Below, piece by piece: positions 1 through 14,725 of a stretch of DNA of 64,000 nt. The stretch is from Trichoplax adhaerens (taxonomy: Eukaryota > Animalia > Placozoa). The stretch covers positions 496,001 through 560,000 of the forward strand of contig NW_002060962.1 of NCBI RefSeq assembly GCF_000150275.1, read 5' to 3'. The translations under genes were made by a program, and so were the position numbers. The notes beneath the pieces are model-generated. The model saw only the letters and a program-made list of their open reading frames with translations. It did no database searches and was not told the DNA's origin. Within the stretch, counting starts at the first letter, position 1; every line of letters starts with the position of its first letter.

Positions 1-573
1 CTTTTGTGCTATTGTACCCGATTTTACAAATAATTACCTTGCTCTGTAGACAGTATACAGTTATTAGTATCGTAACAAAGTTCTTTGCAAATCGCAGTTA
101 TGAATACTGTACTATTTTCCTGTAAACCTATTTTAAAATCTCAAAATCTTTTTCGACATCGTTAAGAAATCGTTATAGTTCAGCAATAATTTACATTTTT
201 CACCTTCTACAAGATAGGGCTAGCCTGCTAGGTACTTTTCATTTGTAACCAACCTTTTTTTGCACTGATGTCTACTGTGAGTTATCGTTAGGGAGTTCAC
301 TGCATTTTGTTTATTTTAACTTTTCCAAGTTGTTTCTAAATGGGAATGTACAGCGCGTTGTACATACTGTACTTATTGGCACTAATAGATTAGATCAGAC
401 GGGCAAATTATTGAATCTAATTTTAAATAACCGTAGCCAATTTTAAAGTTGTCAGGTATGCTTATATTTTTGGGGGTTACTATTGTTTCTCCAATTATAG
501 AGAACATAAGGACTACAATTTCAAACATTAATGGGCATTTGCTAGACCTATTAGAACGACAATACATCTAATC

Positions 574-3500
574 ATGATAAATAGTAGTGGAATACGCCAT
601 GGTATGGGAGTTGAAGATAGTGACAACGAAGGAACAACCGAGTCCGAATCTCACAAATTTCATCTTGGAAAGAAAGTGTCTAAATTAACGGATTATATAT
701 TCAAAGGGAAGAATAACGGAGATAGCCATAGCAACTCTTTAAATATTATTAATAAATCCGATCTCAGCCGGTCTACGACTGATCTGGTAAGCGCTATCAG
801 AACTCTTTCTTTAAGCTCATTAATTATAGGATACTACCAAATGCTGTAACAACTTATATAGTTAACAATACACTGAACGAATTTATTAAATTAAACTATA
901 CGCGTATCATCTTTAAACGTAGTACTGACTGACAAATTTGTTGTGTTATCCAATAAGCATCAATGATGTACTAGCAAATTATGCTTACAATTGATGCCAG
1001 GCAATATAGTAATTCACGTACATCATTGTTTTCATTGCATTACATTTAGAATGATGAAACATTGGGGGATGAAGAAGATCAACTGGATGGATTTCTTGAT
1101 AGTCAGGTAAAGCTACGACGGTGCGGCTCTTTATTGCCATGTTTAGTACTATCATTGATAGTTCTTAACGCTACTATCGATGCTTTGATTTTCTCCTAAT
1201 AGAAGCTTTCTCTTATTGTAATTTTCTGTGACTACTTAATGTTCATTGTGGATCGTGATAACGCATACTGTGATGTAACTTTTTTATATTTATAAAACGA
1301 AGTAATGAGGAGTCCAAGTCCAACTTTTTCATACTATGTCTTTGCAGCTTTGGATTTAGACAGCTACTATGTAATGTCACTACAGTATATACTAATGGAA
1401 ATTTTAACTTCTTGCTTAGCGTACTGCTATAGTAGAAGCTGAAGTAGAAAAGTTAAAGAAAAAAATTGAGTCAATTAAGGAAGACATCAATGAATTAACA
1501 CAATTTCAAAACGGTACGCGTAGCTTGTGCTGGATATTAATCTGATGAAGGATTGCATGCCATTTCATAGTTTAACCAATCATTTAATAAACTCTTAATT
1601 ATTTGTACTGATATATCGATATAATTGATTAACTCGAAGATCTGATTATTTGGCAACTAATTATTATATGCTTTTATTTGATATACAGAAGTTATTGCTG
1701 ATTACTTAAAGACCTATGATGATAACGATATTAGTCAAGATCAAGCAAAGTTAGTGAAATTATATGATGGTTCTTCATTGGTGGCTGTTATCAAGTGATA
1801 TATAATTACCGTATATAACTTGGTAGCAGTTACTAGTTGCTATTGTGCTAGTCAATTATCTGTTTAGTACATCGGATAATAAAACACCGCTAAGGGAGAG
1901 TCGGTAATCGAATAGCCATTTTCCTCATATAATTTTAGGAAAAAGAAAGTCTTTGACAAAGAGGTTCAAAAGCGTCAAAAAGAAATTGCTACTAAACAGC
2001 GATCTTTAGAAAAACATAATAAACTGTTGTCGGTAAGTAACTCAAGTGGTTATAGTTGTCGTATAATACGTCCGTAAGTTAATAATAACTTAAGTAAATG
2101 TGCAATCAATTTAATTTGGCTAAGACACTATTACGGGTTTTTTATCTTTAATTGAATTGTTATCATAATGTATTAGGAACTTGTAAATGACCCTCGACAT
2201 CATAAAATGCATTTACGGTATGCCACATTTTATTAATTTTATGAGCAAAGTATACATAATCAAGTTTGCTATGTGGTATTAAGTAGCTTCTACCTAAATG
2301 TACTTTCTTTAGCACAATGACAAACAACATAAAATCCAGTTTATCGAGGTAGAAATTTAAACTTTATAGACTTTTAGATATTTAAGCAAATTTGATACTT
2401 GATGCGTAGATGTTACCATTCGCTGAGATAATATATTCTTTGCATGCAGCGCTGTAAGCAGTACAAAGCAGTTATTAATTCCGAAAACGTCGACACTAGC
2501 GGGTAGCAATGAAAATCTCCATCGGCTTGGTAACTCTAATGGATATACTGTAGTTCTTAAAGTTTTATGCTAATTAATTTGACAACCTGTTCGATTTCGA
2601 GTAAAAATAATTTTTGTTTACTCTTTTAGATACAGAAGCATCTAATAGTTTTAATGTTGTTGATACCACGGATGTTCGATCGAGAAGTATAAGCGCTACG
2701 GAACCAATTGTAAAGTCTAAGAGCATCCATAGGTATACGAAACACTATCTTGCATATCTAGTTATAAATTTTAAATAAAGTTTTATCGAGTAGTTCATCG
2801 AGAATATGGTGAATTAAGGTTTGATATTTATGTAGTAGGCCTGATAGTAGAAGTGGAACTGAATTTCCAGAAACAACAGATGAGAAACAACTTCTACGGT
2901 TAGTAAATTAAGTGATACCATTTTTGTTCTGTAATTGAATTTTATATAGTAATATTTTAACGTTCATGCTGCCGTACTTATAAAAAATAAATTTTTTAAA
3001 TAGTAATTCAACAGAAAGTATTTCTAAAGTATCACGCAGCTCAAATGAAGCCTCTCCAACTGCACAGTCGGAATCGTTACAGATAAAGATTGAAGGAGAA
3101 ATTATGCCTGCTATTAATGAATTGAGAAATACCGTTAAGGCACTTTCTACCAAAGTTTCTAGCCTCAAGAAATCTCAGCAAATTTTAGAATTAGCCATTG
3201 ATAGATCAAATGTAATCAACAAGAACTGAATATTGCTTGTACTGTAACAGTAATTTACAGTATATCTATAGTATAAGTTTGTATAATTTACGCATTTCAT
3301 GACTAGTTTTGTATATTGTTAGGAGGATAGCAAGAATCGATTTCAAGAAATAGCTGAGGATTATGAAGAAGATAGAGATCATATTCATGTAAGGTTATTC
3401 ATATTATTTCGCTAATTGTATTTTTTTTTAATTGATGAACTTGTTTTCCATCTATGTATTGTCTGAGTAGAGTATTGAGGATCAGCTGAATGAGTTTATT

Positions 3501-4328
3501 GACCTTCGACAAAATGAGGTAAGATGTACCTCTTATTATAGTTATAATGTTCTCTCTGCAATACGACTCGTATAGTAAATTGGTGGTATTCAATCTAGTT
3601 AGTTTCAATGAAGCTAATATAATTAAATTCTCTAGATGGACCTCATATACTGTATAATTCTAACATTTTGGTTAAATTTGATAGACGTATGAATTAAAAG
3701 CTGAATTGGAAAATGTTGAAGAACGAACGGATTATCGCCTAAATGTCTTTTCTGGAGATTTAGATGATTTTTTTAGCTCTTATCATACTAAAGTTAGTAG
3801 CTCAGCTTCTGAGTGCAAATGTATTGCACCATAGAATTAGTATTAGATTGCCATTTGAGTTAATTGCTTATAAGTGCATTTGCATGTAAATTTTAGATAA
3901 AGGAAATAGAAAATAGATTAGATCAGCTGCAAAAGCCTATGGATTATGAAGGTTTAGGGTTAAAAAGTGGTGATGCGATATCTTCAGCCCTGAATATTGG
4001 CATTAGTTTTGCGACATTTTTATTAATGTTTGGCAGTGCTGTATTCAAAGGCATTAGACCTTTTATTAGAACTAAGTATGCCAGAATGTTAATTAAATTG
4101 TAGCAATGTTTGTAAAAAATGAAATTCCTTTAGAATTTAATGAAACTAAGAAATTGTTTTGGTTTGCTATTACACAGAGCTCGCTTATGCATAACATTGG
4201 TAGCCACATTGTTCATTGCAATCTTTTGGAAACGCATGATCGAGTCTGATTCGACTGATACCCTGGATGAATGGATCTTATATAACTTACCATTTTTGAA
4301 AAAATTAAGATTCTATAGAACTACATGA
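574..4328 (+). CDS. Transmembrane and coiled-coil domain protein, TMCC/TEX28 family (multi-exon)
   Basis: Spliced exons give EVIADYLK...KKKVFDKEVQKRQKEIATKQRSLEKHNKLL, resembling the TMCC N-terminal coiled coil. A second coiled coil follows (ERTDYRL...IKEIENRLDQLQ), then two C-terminal hydrophobic helices (LNIGISFATFLLMFGSAVFKGIRPFIRTKARLCITLVATLFIAIFWK). Introns checked are GT-AG. Confidence 0.8.
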
Positions 4329-5273
4329 CAGATTGACAGTAAAGTGCAAAACAGTAATATGGCTGATTATATCCTACGTATTATATTTAACCTTTGTTAA
4401 TATTGAATGAATGTCCGTTATTTTATCTTTTTTAAAATCTCTATTGATATATAATCTGGTGCTTCACAAGACAACCAGAGTTGCTTCAATGGTTTGATAC
4501 TATAATCTGTTGCAGGAATTTATTCATTGCTCTGTAACTTCATATTGTATGATCATGTTAGAACTGGATTAACTTGATCGTTAGATGTATATATATTTAT
4601 AAAAAGAAATTTAAAGACTAGGATACGATAGAATGTCAAGCGACTATTTTACTACTTAAAATGTTATTCTATACTTGTGGTGGCACTGAAGAGTATCTTC
4701 AATAGTCAATACGCAAGCTAGAAATCATTAGTCAAGATGAATTACACATTTTTGAATCATGGACTATTTAATTTAAGGTGATTGATTGCAATCACTGAAG
4801 GGATACTGCAAGTGATGATAAGAGCAAATGCGTATTATATGTCAGTTATAATTTAATAAGAAAATTTCAAACTGAAACTATTTTACAATCCTTGCACATA
4901 GTTCTACGTGAAAAATTTTTAAATAGGTTTTATTTTACGCATTTGTTTATTGGCTATTAGAATACAATATCTAATTTGACTATTTTTTAGAATTCGATCG
5001 CTGCTATGATTTGTTGTACTGAGGTGCTATTCAGAATATCTGTTAGCGTATGATTTTATATACTGTTTGGATCGATCTCAATTGCGATTATGATGTATCG
5101 CGAAATATAATTTACATAGGCTTAGTACATTTTCAGGTCATCAATCAATTAATTTATATGCAGAAATAAATATCCTAGAATTTAAGATCAACGCTTACAA
5201 ATACAATTGTTTAGGAACGTGGAACAATTACTAGTCTTTGCTGACATAAAGTATAGTGCTGTATGTAGCTTGA

Positions 5274-8200
5274 CTATTTGTTGTGCGATTTTTTGTGTTT
5301 GTGATGATGGCGATGATGGTGGTTATCGTCTTTACTGCGTCGATGGTGATGCTGACTGTAGTCACTGTCGCTATGTTTACTAGAATGAGATCGTGGTTTG
5401 TCCCGAAAATGACTGCGATGGCGATGAGAGTAGTGTTCGTCTGCAGAGTCATGTCTTCGTTCACGACGATCGGATTTTGTTTCTTTTCTTGACTTTAATT
5501 TTAATTGCTCATCGATGACAGTATCTGTCTTTTGGCTAGCTATGTTTTTATTGTTAGTCACCTCATTCCTGGAATCGTTGTTAATACTTTCAGTACTATG
5601 ACTAGAATCTCCAATCATTGATTCTAAGTATTTCATTTGTAATTCGATCAAGTCACGATGAACCTGCAACAACGAAATACTGCTTTGTTAAATCACTTAC
5701 AAGATCATAATCATGACTACATTAATTAGCGGATGGTTTGAGCATTTATACAGTACACAAGGCCAAAGTATTGTAATGTCCATTCAAAGTTTACAGAAAA
5801 TAATAATTCATAGAACTTACCTGGGTAGGCGTGCGTTTCGTAATATGTACATTTTTTGCCCTGTAAGTCTGTCTTCTTCTCTTGTAGTCGCGCTGTTCAG
5901 CAAGTACCTCTAAATGACTTTTGGTCTTATCAGTATTATTATTGCCTAATATGATTTATTACAAATAATTAATGTAATTTGTTTAAATTAGTTATACTAA
6001 GGTAATTACTTTTGCTGCTACAATAATAGTCACATTTTACTTTATATATTTAATTCTGATGTCATAAACCGTACATAGTTCTTGGATGGTATCAAAATCA
6101 ATTTGAAGTTCCTCTAATGTAGCTCTAGTTTTGGGCTTCATGGCATTTACGCGCTGTCAGGAAATACGTACCGTATAACATCCAATCACATGTATTGTAA
6201 TTGTTAAATTTAACTGAGATGACAAATACTTTCTAGAGGATGTTTATGAACCGACCTTAATGATATCTTCGTAAATAGCTAATCGCTGCTCAGGTGTAAA
6301 TATGCAAGCCATTTTATCTGGTGATAGGGCATAATTAACTGTAGTTATAACACCCTCAGACACCTAATGTAATAAAAATGAAAGTTTAATCTAAAGATGT
6401 TTGTAACAAAGTCGAAAAACTGTTATCTATTCCTAAAGTATGTAATTACTTTTGAACGTACATTTTGGAAGTGCAATTGATATGAATTCTGATTCGTATC
6501 GTCATTAATTTCAGAATTGCTTCTCAATTTTATTTTTATACCTTGAATGGCTTCATTTACTTCATTCTGGAACAAATATAAGCTAGATGGTTATCACTAA
6601 GAGCATCATTTGGCTGTTTTACTACAAGTCATTACCTGGTCTAGTTTATATTGATGGCTTATTTTCATGGTCCATAAAAACTTCCACAGTTCTAACACAA
6701 ATTCTTGACCCTCTAACGATATGTTTTTATATTAATTAATTAAGTCAAAATAGTATAACAGCAATTAAGCTTACTGCTTTGTAGAGCGAACCATAATGTT
6801 CGTACGAGTTTATTGGGTTGGCATAAAGTTTGACTGTGTAAATTTCTTATAATGATGTTAGTAACTTCAATTTCACTTCCCATAACGGACCTGACAATCA
6901 ATAACAATTAATTTCAATCGTAGATCAATAGTTTGTGAAAGCAATTTTATTGGTAATATAGACTATCTATTCAAATGAACCAACAACTTACTCGAGATAA
7001 TTCGTTTTAGGCAGATTTTTAATTATCCAAGATTTTATGGTATTAGGGTCCATTATCAACGTATCAATATTCAGGTAATTTTTAGGAATGGCTTTCCAAC
7101 TGTGGATTTTCCTGCAGTTACGTTAATTATTAGAACAAAATGATCTTGGAGTGTAAGAAATTAAAATAATACTGATAATAATATGTATTTCGTGCTAATA
7201 GGGAATATAAATATTGTCTGAAGACTAGTTCAATAAGAAAGTTAACGTGGTATACTTTATTTTTTCCATTGGTATGGTTTCGTATTCAATATCGGTAGAT
7301 ATATCTTTATGTTCTATATTGATATCGGAGAGTTGATTTGAAGATTCCAACGTCATAATATCCTTGGGGTCTATAACGCTAGAATCTTGATCTATTTCGC
7401 TAACAATTGTCTACGTATGAGTATAAATAGGAAAAAAAGATGATGACTATAGTTTAGAGAGACAACGTATTGTGTTCCTTCATAATGTGTCAATAAAATG
7501 TCTCGTGCACAAAATACAGTTTGTCTAAAAATTCTCAAATAGTAAATATACATAAGATAGGGTAAATGAAATTGTGGAACTATTACTTACAGCTGAGGAA
7601 GTGCAATTGTCGTCGTTTGTGGCGGCATTTATTTCAACATTTGAATAATCTGCGTAAAATATCAGGATGCATGAGAAATAACTCAAGATATACGTGACAT
7701 ATACAGTATCTATGCTATTTCATTTTATTCTTGAATCTTAACTGGAATAATGTATGATTAGCAATTGACTTAGAGAACAGTTTACAAGATATGTGCAGAA
7801 ATAACGGATTGTCGATTTATTGACTGTATCTTTTGAGTTGTTTCCTTGGGTGATGTATAAAAGGAAAGCTATACTATTGTCATCCGAGAATTACTACTGT
7901 ACGGAGCAAATTTGAAGTGATTACTTGTAGAAAGGCCTGCAGCAATGTCGCCAAGTTGTAAGGATAGTAAATATTACAATACCATGATATTTATTCTGAC
8001 CTGTAAGTATTGATGAAACTGAAGAGTTTGGTTGGTAGAAGAATTTGGATGTAGGTATTTCAATCTGATGTTATAATATAATATATCAAGAGTTTAGACA
8101 ATAACTCGTCGTTATAACTTACAAGATCATTGAAGAAAAAGCGAGCTATTACAATATAATTATTGGCAATTATTTTATAGTTATATAGTACCTGATTATA

Positions 8201-8669
8201 GAAACCTTGCTCCTTCAACATACATTTCTTAGTATGTTTTTCTAAAGACGAGCGCGGTATGCGATGATTAACATTGATAGGGCATGAAACTATTTCATTC
8301 TGTAAAAGTACATTTAAAAGATGGGTTATGGTGTACATGCTGAGATCAAGCGAATCATTTCAAACACGAATGCTGTACAATATAATCGATACAAACATTA
8401 TATTGCATTGGCTACCGCAAGCGATAATGATGTTAAGCATCATGCTATAGAAATTTTAGTATGCAAATCGCTCTATTTTTACCCGAGAATACAATTGAAG
8501 TAGTGATGCAATGTGATTTCAGATAGGAATGAATTCTTCTGTGCCTTACCTCTAGTAAAAATTGATCTCTATCCAGTCCGATTTTATCAATGAGATGAGA
8601 TAACTGGCGATTCGTTTGGGTGATAAACTCTTGAATATTTTTGAAGGTTAAATTGATATTATCTTCCAT
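5274..8669 (-). CDS. SNRNP48: U11/U12 snRNP 48 kDa protein (minor spliceosome), multi-exon
   Basis: Exon 2 encodes the CHHC zinc finger IVSCPINVNHRIPRSSLEKHTKKC. Late exons encode SHLEVLAEQRDYKRRRQTYRAKNVHITKRTPTQVHRDLIELQM, the hallmark SNRNP48 block. The tail is R/H/S/K-rich. Confidence 0.92.
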
Positions 8670-8819
8670 GACCAGTGCATTAGTAGATATTGCATACGAT
8701 CATCGTAATAAGACATATAAATGCAGTCGATTGGATGAGGATTTGTGCACAGAAAGTTTCAAGTTGGACTTTCGAGTGTTGACAATTCCATGGAGAGGTC
8801 GACGATCGCTATCTAACAG

Positions 8820-9965
8820 AGTGGTGCAGTACAGTCTAGTACAATCGTGTGTATCAGCTTTTGAGTACACTGTACCGTATTCCAGCTACTGTACACTGTA
8901 CACTGTACACTGTACACTGTACACTCTAGTCGAGTACAGTACAGTACTGTACTGTCAATACAACTTCTCAATACTCTGTGGCCCTGTGTACACTGTACAG
9001 TACAGTACTGTACTGTACAGTATGGTACTTACTGGATACAAACATGAGTTTGCAATGCACACTCATGCAGTAGCCCACTGTCATCTTACTTACACTACAG
9101 CGTGAGTCCTAGCTTCCCAGAGTTTATAAAATGATGAAATTAATGTACTGTACTGTACATGTAAAGTACACAGTAAGAACTTTATGTAAGGTGGCAGGGG
9201 CTAGAGTCCATTCACTGTACTGGACAACTGCACAAGAGCGCAGTCAGGCATTGCTAAAATGTTTTCTCTCTGTCCCTGGTGCTGGTACAGTACAAACTAA
9301 AGTGTACTGTTCTGTACTGTACACTGTACACTGTACAGTACATGAATTGTTGGCAAAAATAGTGTCAGTGTGACGTTCGATAAGGGTAGTTACTTACACT
9401 GCCAAGTGGAATCGATATAGGTGACATCATTTCACTTCGTACAGACTAACGTGCACAAACTAAAGTGTACTGTACTGTACAGTAGATGAATTATTGGCAA
9501 AAATAGTGTCACCATGACGTTCGATTAGGGTAACCACTTACACTGCCAAGTGGAACCGATATAGGTGACATCATTTCACTTTGCACGGACTACAGTGCAT
9601 AAACTAAAGTGTACTGTACAGTAGATGAATTGTTGGCAAAAATAGTGTCACCATGACGTTCCATTAAGGTACTCACTTACACTGCCACGTGGAATCGATA
9701 TAGGTGACATCATTTCACTTCGCACAGTACTAGGACTGGACAGTACAGTACCATACAGTGTAATGGACTCATTGCTCTTCTCCATGGCTACGGTTCTGGC
9801 TACTGTCGTCATCATCAACAGATCTCAAATTAAGCCTTAGTCATGGACTACTAGAAGAAATCCGTTTTTTTTTAGCTCATGCCTTAATATATAAGTTAAT
9901 ACAGCTTACATACTGCTTACAAGGTACTACGACAAAATTATTGAATACTGTACAGTACAGTAAAT
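8820..9965. promoter_or_regulatory. TACTG/CAGTA/TACACTG simple-sequence cluster upstream of SNRNP48
   Basis: Runs such as actgtacactgtacactgtacactgtacactgtacac and tacagtacagtactgtactgtacagta begin about 150 bp upstream of the ATG at 8669. Regulatory role is inferred from position only. Confidence 0.6.
9292..9725. repeat. Three tandem ~130-165 bp repeats embedded in the TACAG cluster
   Basis: aaactaaagtgtactg...gaattRttggcaaaaatagtgtca...gacgttc...acttacactgccaMgtggaaYcgatataggtgacatcatttcactt occurs at about 9294, 9457 and 9601. Confidence 0.9.
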
Positions 9966-11316
9966 ACCATTAACTGTTCAATTATGAATTATGATTCGTA
10001 CTGGATAGTGAACAGTATAACAACAATAAGAATTCAATTTGCGCAATTGCTCAAGTAAAGTACGAAGTGAGGGTATTGAAATTCTACTCCGTGAACAAGT
10101 AAACAAGTCAAGTATCACGAACTGTGGATCGAATAGTATTAATTCTAATCCAGCTTGTACTCTGTACTGTTAGCAAGGAAAATAAAATAAAAATTTGGAC
10201 TTGTAACTTTAAATAAACAAAAATTTTAAAATAATAATCTCAATGGTACAAATGTGCAAGACTTCAAAATGATATTCACAATACCGCTAATTGGCTTATT
10301 TTTCATTTTATACTTAGTAATCTTCGTACGTACCAATACATACCTCCCTTTATTGCAGTTTATGTAGCAAAGAATTACATTATATTAATTAATACTTAAT
10401 TGCCGCGATGTCATTCCCAATTAAAAAATGCGGTCAGTTAGATCAGTATCTGTCTACCGTGAGCTATAGTTTTACATTAACGTGCAAATGAGTGCATACA
10501 GATACTGGGTATGGCTGATATCAAGCACGGTAGGCAAGTAATCTCGAAGGCACTGTATAAGGTCTTGCAAAAATTGAACTTTATCCTTAGATCTGAAATT
10601 GATGGAGGCTCGTAGTAGAACTAGAACATATTAATACTACGCGTAAAACAGAAAGATTCCTCTTGATAGCACTGTTTGCAAGTTGCTGCTTATTATTATC
10701 GAATATGATTAAATATTGGATAATTTGGTAATTATTACAAAATATCATTGGATTTATAGTACAATTCATATCCTGTATGCTATAAATCATCTTACAAGAA
10801 CGAAATTAATTAAGTACTATCAATCGTAGCTAATAATATGCATATTAATGAGATTAATATATCGTCTAAACTTTAAGGATATATTATGCTATCAGTAAGT
10901 AAGTATATGCAGATCTACCAGCATAGTATGAAATCTACGCTACTGCAATACGTACACTATGGATCACGCTAAACCTGCTAAAATAAATCCAAGTAGGCAT
11001 ATAAATCGAGTAATATAAATATACAGTATGATCATGATGTGCGTTTATACATATGGTATGGGGTAGATCAGAGTACAAATACCTTACTATCCAGAAAGTG
11101 ATCGAGGCCTACTAAGTAGTGTATATAGTGTACTTACGCTAATACAGTAGACTAGAGTGCTATACTGTGAATATATATGAGTTACAATATTATTTTATCT
11201 ACTATGAAAATTGCAGGATATTTAATTCGAGAATTGACCACCATTATTAATAGAGATAATTACATACACTATAGTGCACCGTCAGATAGACGTAAATTGT
11301 GTCTTCACTTTAAATA

Positions 11317-13702
11317 ATGAAATCGATTCTAGCTTTACTTGCAGTAGCATTGGCCGTAGGAACTTATTATATAGGATATCAAACTTTACGAGATGTTATT
11401 AGGTCACCAAGGCAGAGCTTTGACGCCATCTTTCACGATAGCCATGGTGATGTACTTCAGAAGCAGAAACAGAGCGGCAGTAAGAATAGTTTAAATGGTA
11501 ATCCGACGAAACTCTCAATCTATTCAGAGAGAAAGGATGAAACAATTTCAGTGTCGAGCACCCTAGCTACTTCTAGTAACGTGGCAAATGGGAATTCTAT
11601 GGATGATAATGACATTATTGCGGATAAAATAAAAAGAACTACTATCTTGAAACAAGAACCAGGAAAAGTAATGCCTAAGAAAAATGGGAATAATAATTTA
11701 GTTAGCAAGGATTCTATGGATGATTTAACACTTGCAGAAACATTTCTAAAACAAAAGAATTATAATAAATCTCTTGATGCTTTCGACCCGATCCTTAAGC
11801 GAGATCCAACTAATGTTTTGGCACGCTACGGCAAAGCCAAAGCTTTAGATAAGCTAGCAGAGCAGGAGCGAAGTAATCAACTGCTACATAAGGCAATTGA
11901 GAATTATCATAAAGTTGGAGAGCAACGCCACTGCTCAGTTGAGCTTAGAAAGGCTGCATATTTGCGTCTGGCTGATCGCGCGAGTTTTCTAGGTAGCCAT
12001 AAAAAGGCTATGGAAGTATTAGAAAAACTAGTAAAAGAATCACCTACCGACGTTAATATTTTAAATAAATTGGGCATTCAGTATTTATTAATCAAGCAAA
12101 ATTCTCAAGCTGAAAGCACATATCGAAAAGTCTTAGAGATATCACCTGATGATGGTTTTGCACAAGTTCATTTAGGATTCCTTCTCAATACTAAGTCACA
12201 ATATCATGAAGCTATCCCGTTACTCAGTGCTGGCATCAATAGTCAACAGCCAGGAACCGATGCTGCTAAATTCTACTTATATTTAGGCGATGCATTAACA
12301 CGAGTGGGGAGAAAATCTGAAGTAAGAAAATGTCTATTTGATTATACGGATAATATTTACTGAATTTATACTAATACTTATTAACTATTATACATTCATA
12401 TATACGAGTATATCGGTGTATCGTTTATGAATAGCGATATAGTAAAATACTTTAGAAAAGCTAAGAATATCTAAATTGTTGTTGTTCATAGTGGGATTAT
12501 TACCTTTTTTAGGCTAACTCTGTTTATAACAACGGCGTTATAAAAGGATATTTTTTGTCAGAATGGCAGAGATCACTCTACAATGTCGATAGACTACGTG
12601 GTAAACCTTGGTGGAATGCTGAAGAAACAGGATATTTATCGTCAGTTCGATTGTTAGAGAAACATTGGAAAAGTATTTTGAAAGAAGGACTAAATATCTT
12701 GAATCAAGAAACAGGTACAGTCTATATGCAAACTGGTATAATTAAATGAATAAACTCTCGAATCTATATTGCAACTTAAAGAATAATGTAAAATAAGTAT
12801 AGCCTATAACAAATGATAGAGCTTGATTTGTTTTGTGTATAAATAGATAGCAATTTATTTCAAAATTTTAAGATTATTATAAGGTAGATGATTTTCTTTT
12901 TCAATTCAGCAGGTTTTCAAAGAGAGACTGAAAATCTGCGTTGTAGGGGAGATTGGAAACAATTTCAATTGTACGTGAGAGGACAGAGGAATGATGATAA
13001 CTGTAAGAGAGCTCCTCTAACTTGTAGTATTATCAATCAAATTCCTGAAGCTAAAAGCAATAAGAGGGGTCAAGTAAGCTAGTTTTATATTTTGTCCCAA
13101 ATTATTTGTTATCCATTAAAATTTGTGAATTTCTTCTTTTATTTCTAAAAAATGTAATTTTGTTGTAGGTTCAATATTCTGTTATGTTTCCTGGAACACA
13201 CATTTGGCCACATACTGGCCCAACCAACTGTCGATTGCGACTTCATCTTGGTCTTAAAGTCCCTTCTGCTGTTAGTATTCGAGTTGGTAATGAAACTAGG
13301 TAAATTAAATATACATTTATTATTAATACCGTGCCATAACTTTCATAGAAATATTAAAATCTTGAAGCGTGGATAGCTTATAACATAGAATTGAAGGAAG
13401 TCAGATCAACTTTAAGTTGGATTGCTATTTCAGTTTACAAGTACGACTATTGTACATACATTAGTAAATACAAATATAAATATTGAACAAGATAAATATA
13501 AATTGATGCAATGTTATCCGTATTCATTTTTAAATATTCTATTTTTACAAGATTTTGGGAAGAAGGTAAAGTGATGATCCTTGATGATTCATTTGAACAC
13601 GAAGTATGGCATAATGGAGATAGTCTTCGGTTAGTATTTATTGTAGATGTATGGCACCCTGATCTAACAACAAGCGAAAGGGCAGAGTTATTCCCTGTCT
13701 AA
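11317..13702 (+). CDS. ASPH: Aspartyl/asparaginyl beta-hydroxylase (5 exons: 11317-12321, 12513-12714, 12912-13073, 13169-13299, 13551-13702)
   Basis: N-terminal signal-anchor, TPR region ([31 protein letters not shown]), WQRSLYNV, and the 2OG-oxygenase motifs [27 protein letters not shown] and [11 protein letters not shown]. Confidence 0.96.
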
Positions 13703-14395
13703 GTTGAGAAGTTTCGCGTTCCACTGTAACATCGTTGATCTTTTTAAGGCACTGAAATAACAAGAGTTTCACTGCAGTTTTATAGCAAATATTCAAGTTT
13801 CATATTATCAGTTGAGTGTATAGGCACTTCTTGGAGCTACAGCTTTGCTGTATTCACTGACATTGGAGGGTATCGCTTACGCTTCATTTAATAGAATAAT
13901 TTGAAGGCATCTCCAAAGTGATATTATGCAGTAATATAAAAATTGTAACTTTAATATTGAATGCAATGTCATTTAATTAATAAAATTTCGTTTTATCGGT
14001 ACAGAATCGATTGTTGAGGCAGGCTTGTTATTAGAAGGTACAGTATACTTGTATATATTTACGGTATAAGTTACATGCGAATATGCTCGTATATATACAT
14101 GTACGTATCTCTAATTGAGTAGATGTTATTGCTGGAGTAATCGTCATTGAGAGACATAATTTATAATTAATTGGACCGATTGAATTGTTTGATAAATTGC
14201 GATATTCGTATGTTAATTGGTAGACACTCTTTCTGAGGCAATTTATGTTTACTTTTTGGTACTTAAACTATTAACTACAGTAGTCCTGTATATTCACCAC
14301 ATTATATATGTTACGGCCAAAACCCGTAAACTTCGGACATTGGCCGTCACCTATCTGCACTAAAAGTACTGATACAAGAGCTGCTAGAAAATTGT

Positions 14396-14725
14396 CTAGT
14401 CTCCTTGAACTGTGGTATGACAATAACAGGGATTGGAGCATCGATTCTATGCAGTTATAATTGCTGTTTTCCTTCCAATCCGTGCAAAATCAGGTGCAGC
14501 AGATGCATTGAAATTTTACTTTTTTTATAGGTTTAGTCAAGGACAATTACTTTACTAGTCTTGAGCTATGGTATGACAACAACAGGGATTGGAGCATCGA
14601 TTCTATTCAGTAATAATTACTGTTTTCCTTCCAGTCCGTGCAAAGTAAGGTGTAGTAGATGGATTGAAATTTTACTTTTTTTTATAGATTTAGTCAAGGA
14701 CAACTCTTTCCCTAGTAGTCCTTGA
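14396..14725. repeat. Two direct ~157 bp repeats
   Basis: ggtatgacaaYaacagggattggagcatcgattctat... at 14414 and 14571. Confidence 0.9.

Noticed and set aside
5231-5492. Hydrophobic or Thr/Ile-rich ORFs overlapping the SNRNP48 last exon
   Set aside because: They are alternative-frame and antisense shadows of the low-complexity His/Arg/Ser tail.
6010-6017. 8 nt microexon in SNRNP48
   Set aside because: Its phase does not fit. A phase-1 donor (T|gtacgg) joins the flanking exons directly in frame.
8641-9373. ORF-track proteins rich in YSTV/YCTV (also 35460-35747, 40359-40663, 43357-43698)
   Set aside because: They are translations of the stop-poor TACAG simple repeats, open on both strands, with no splice or domain support.
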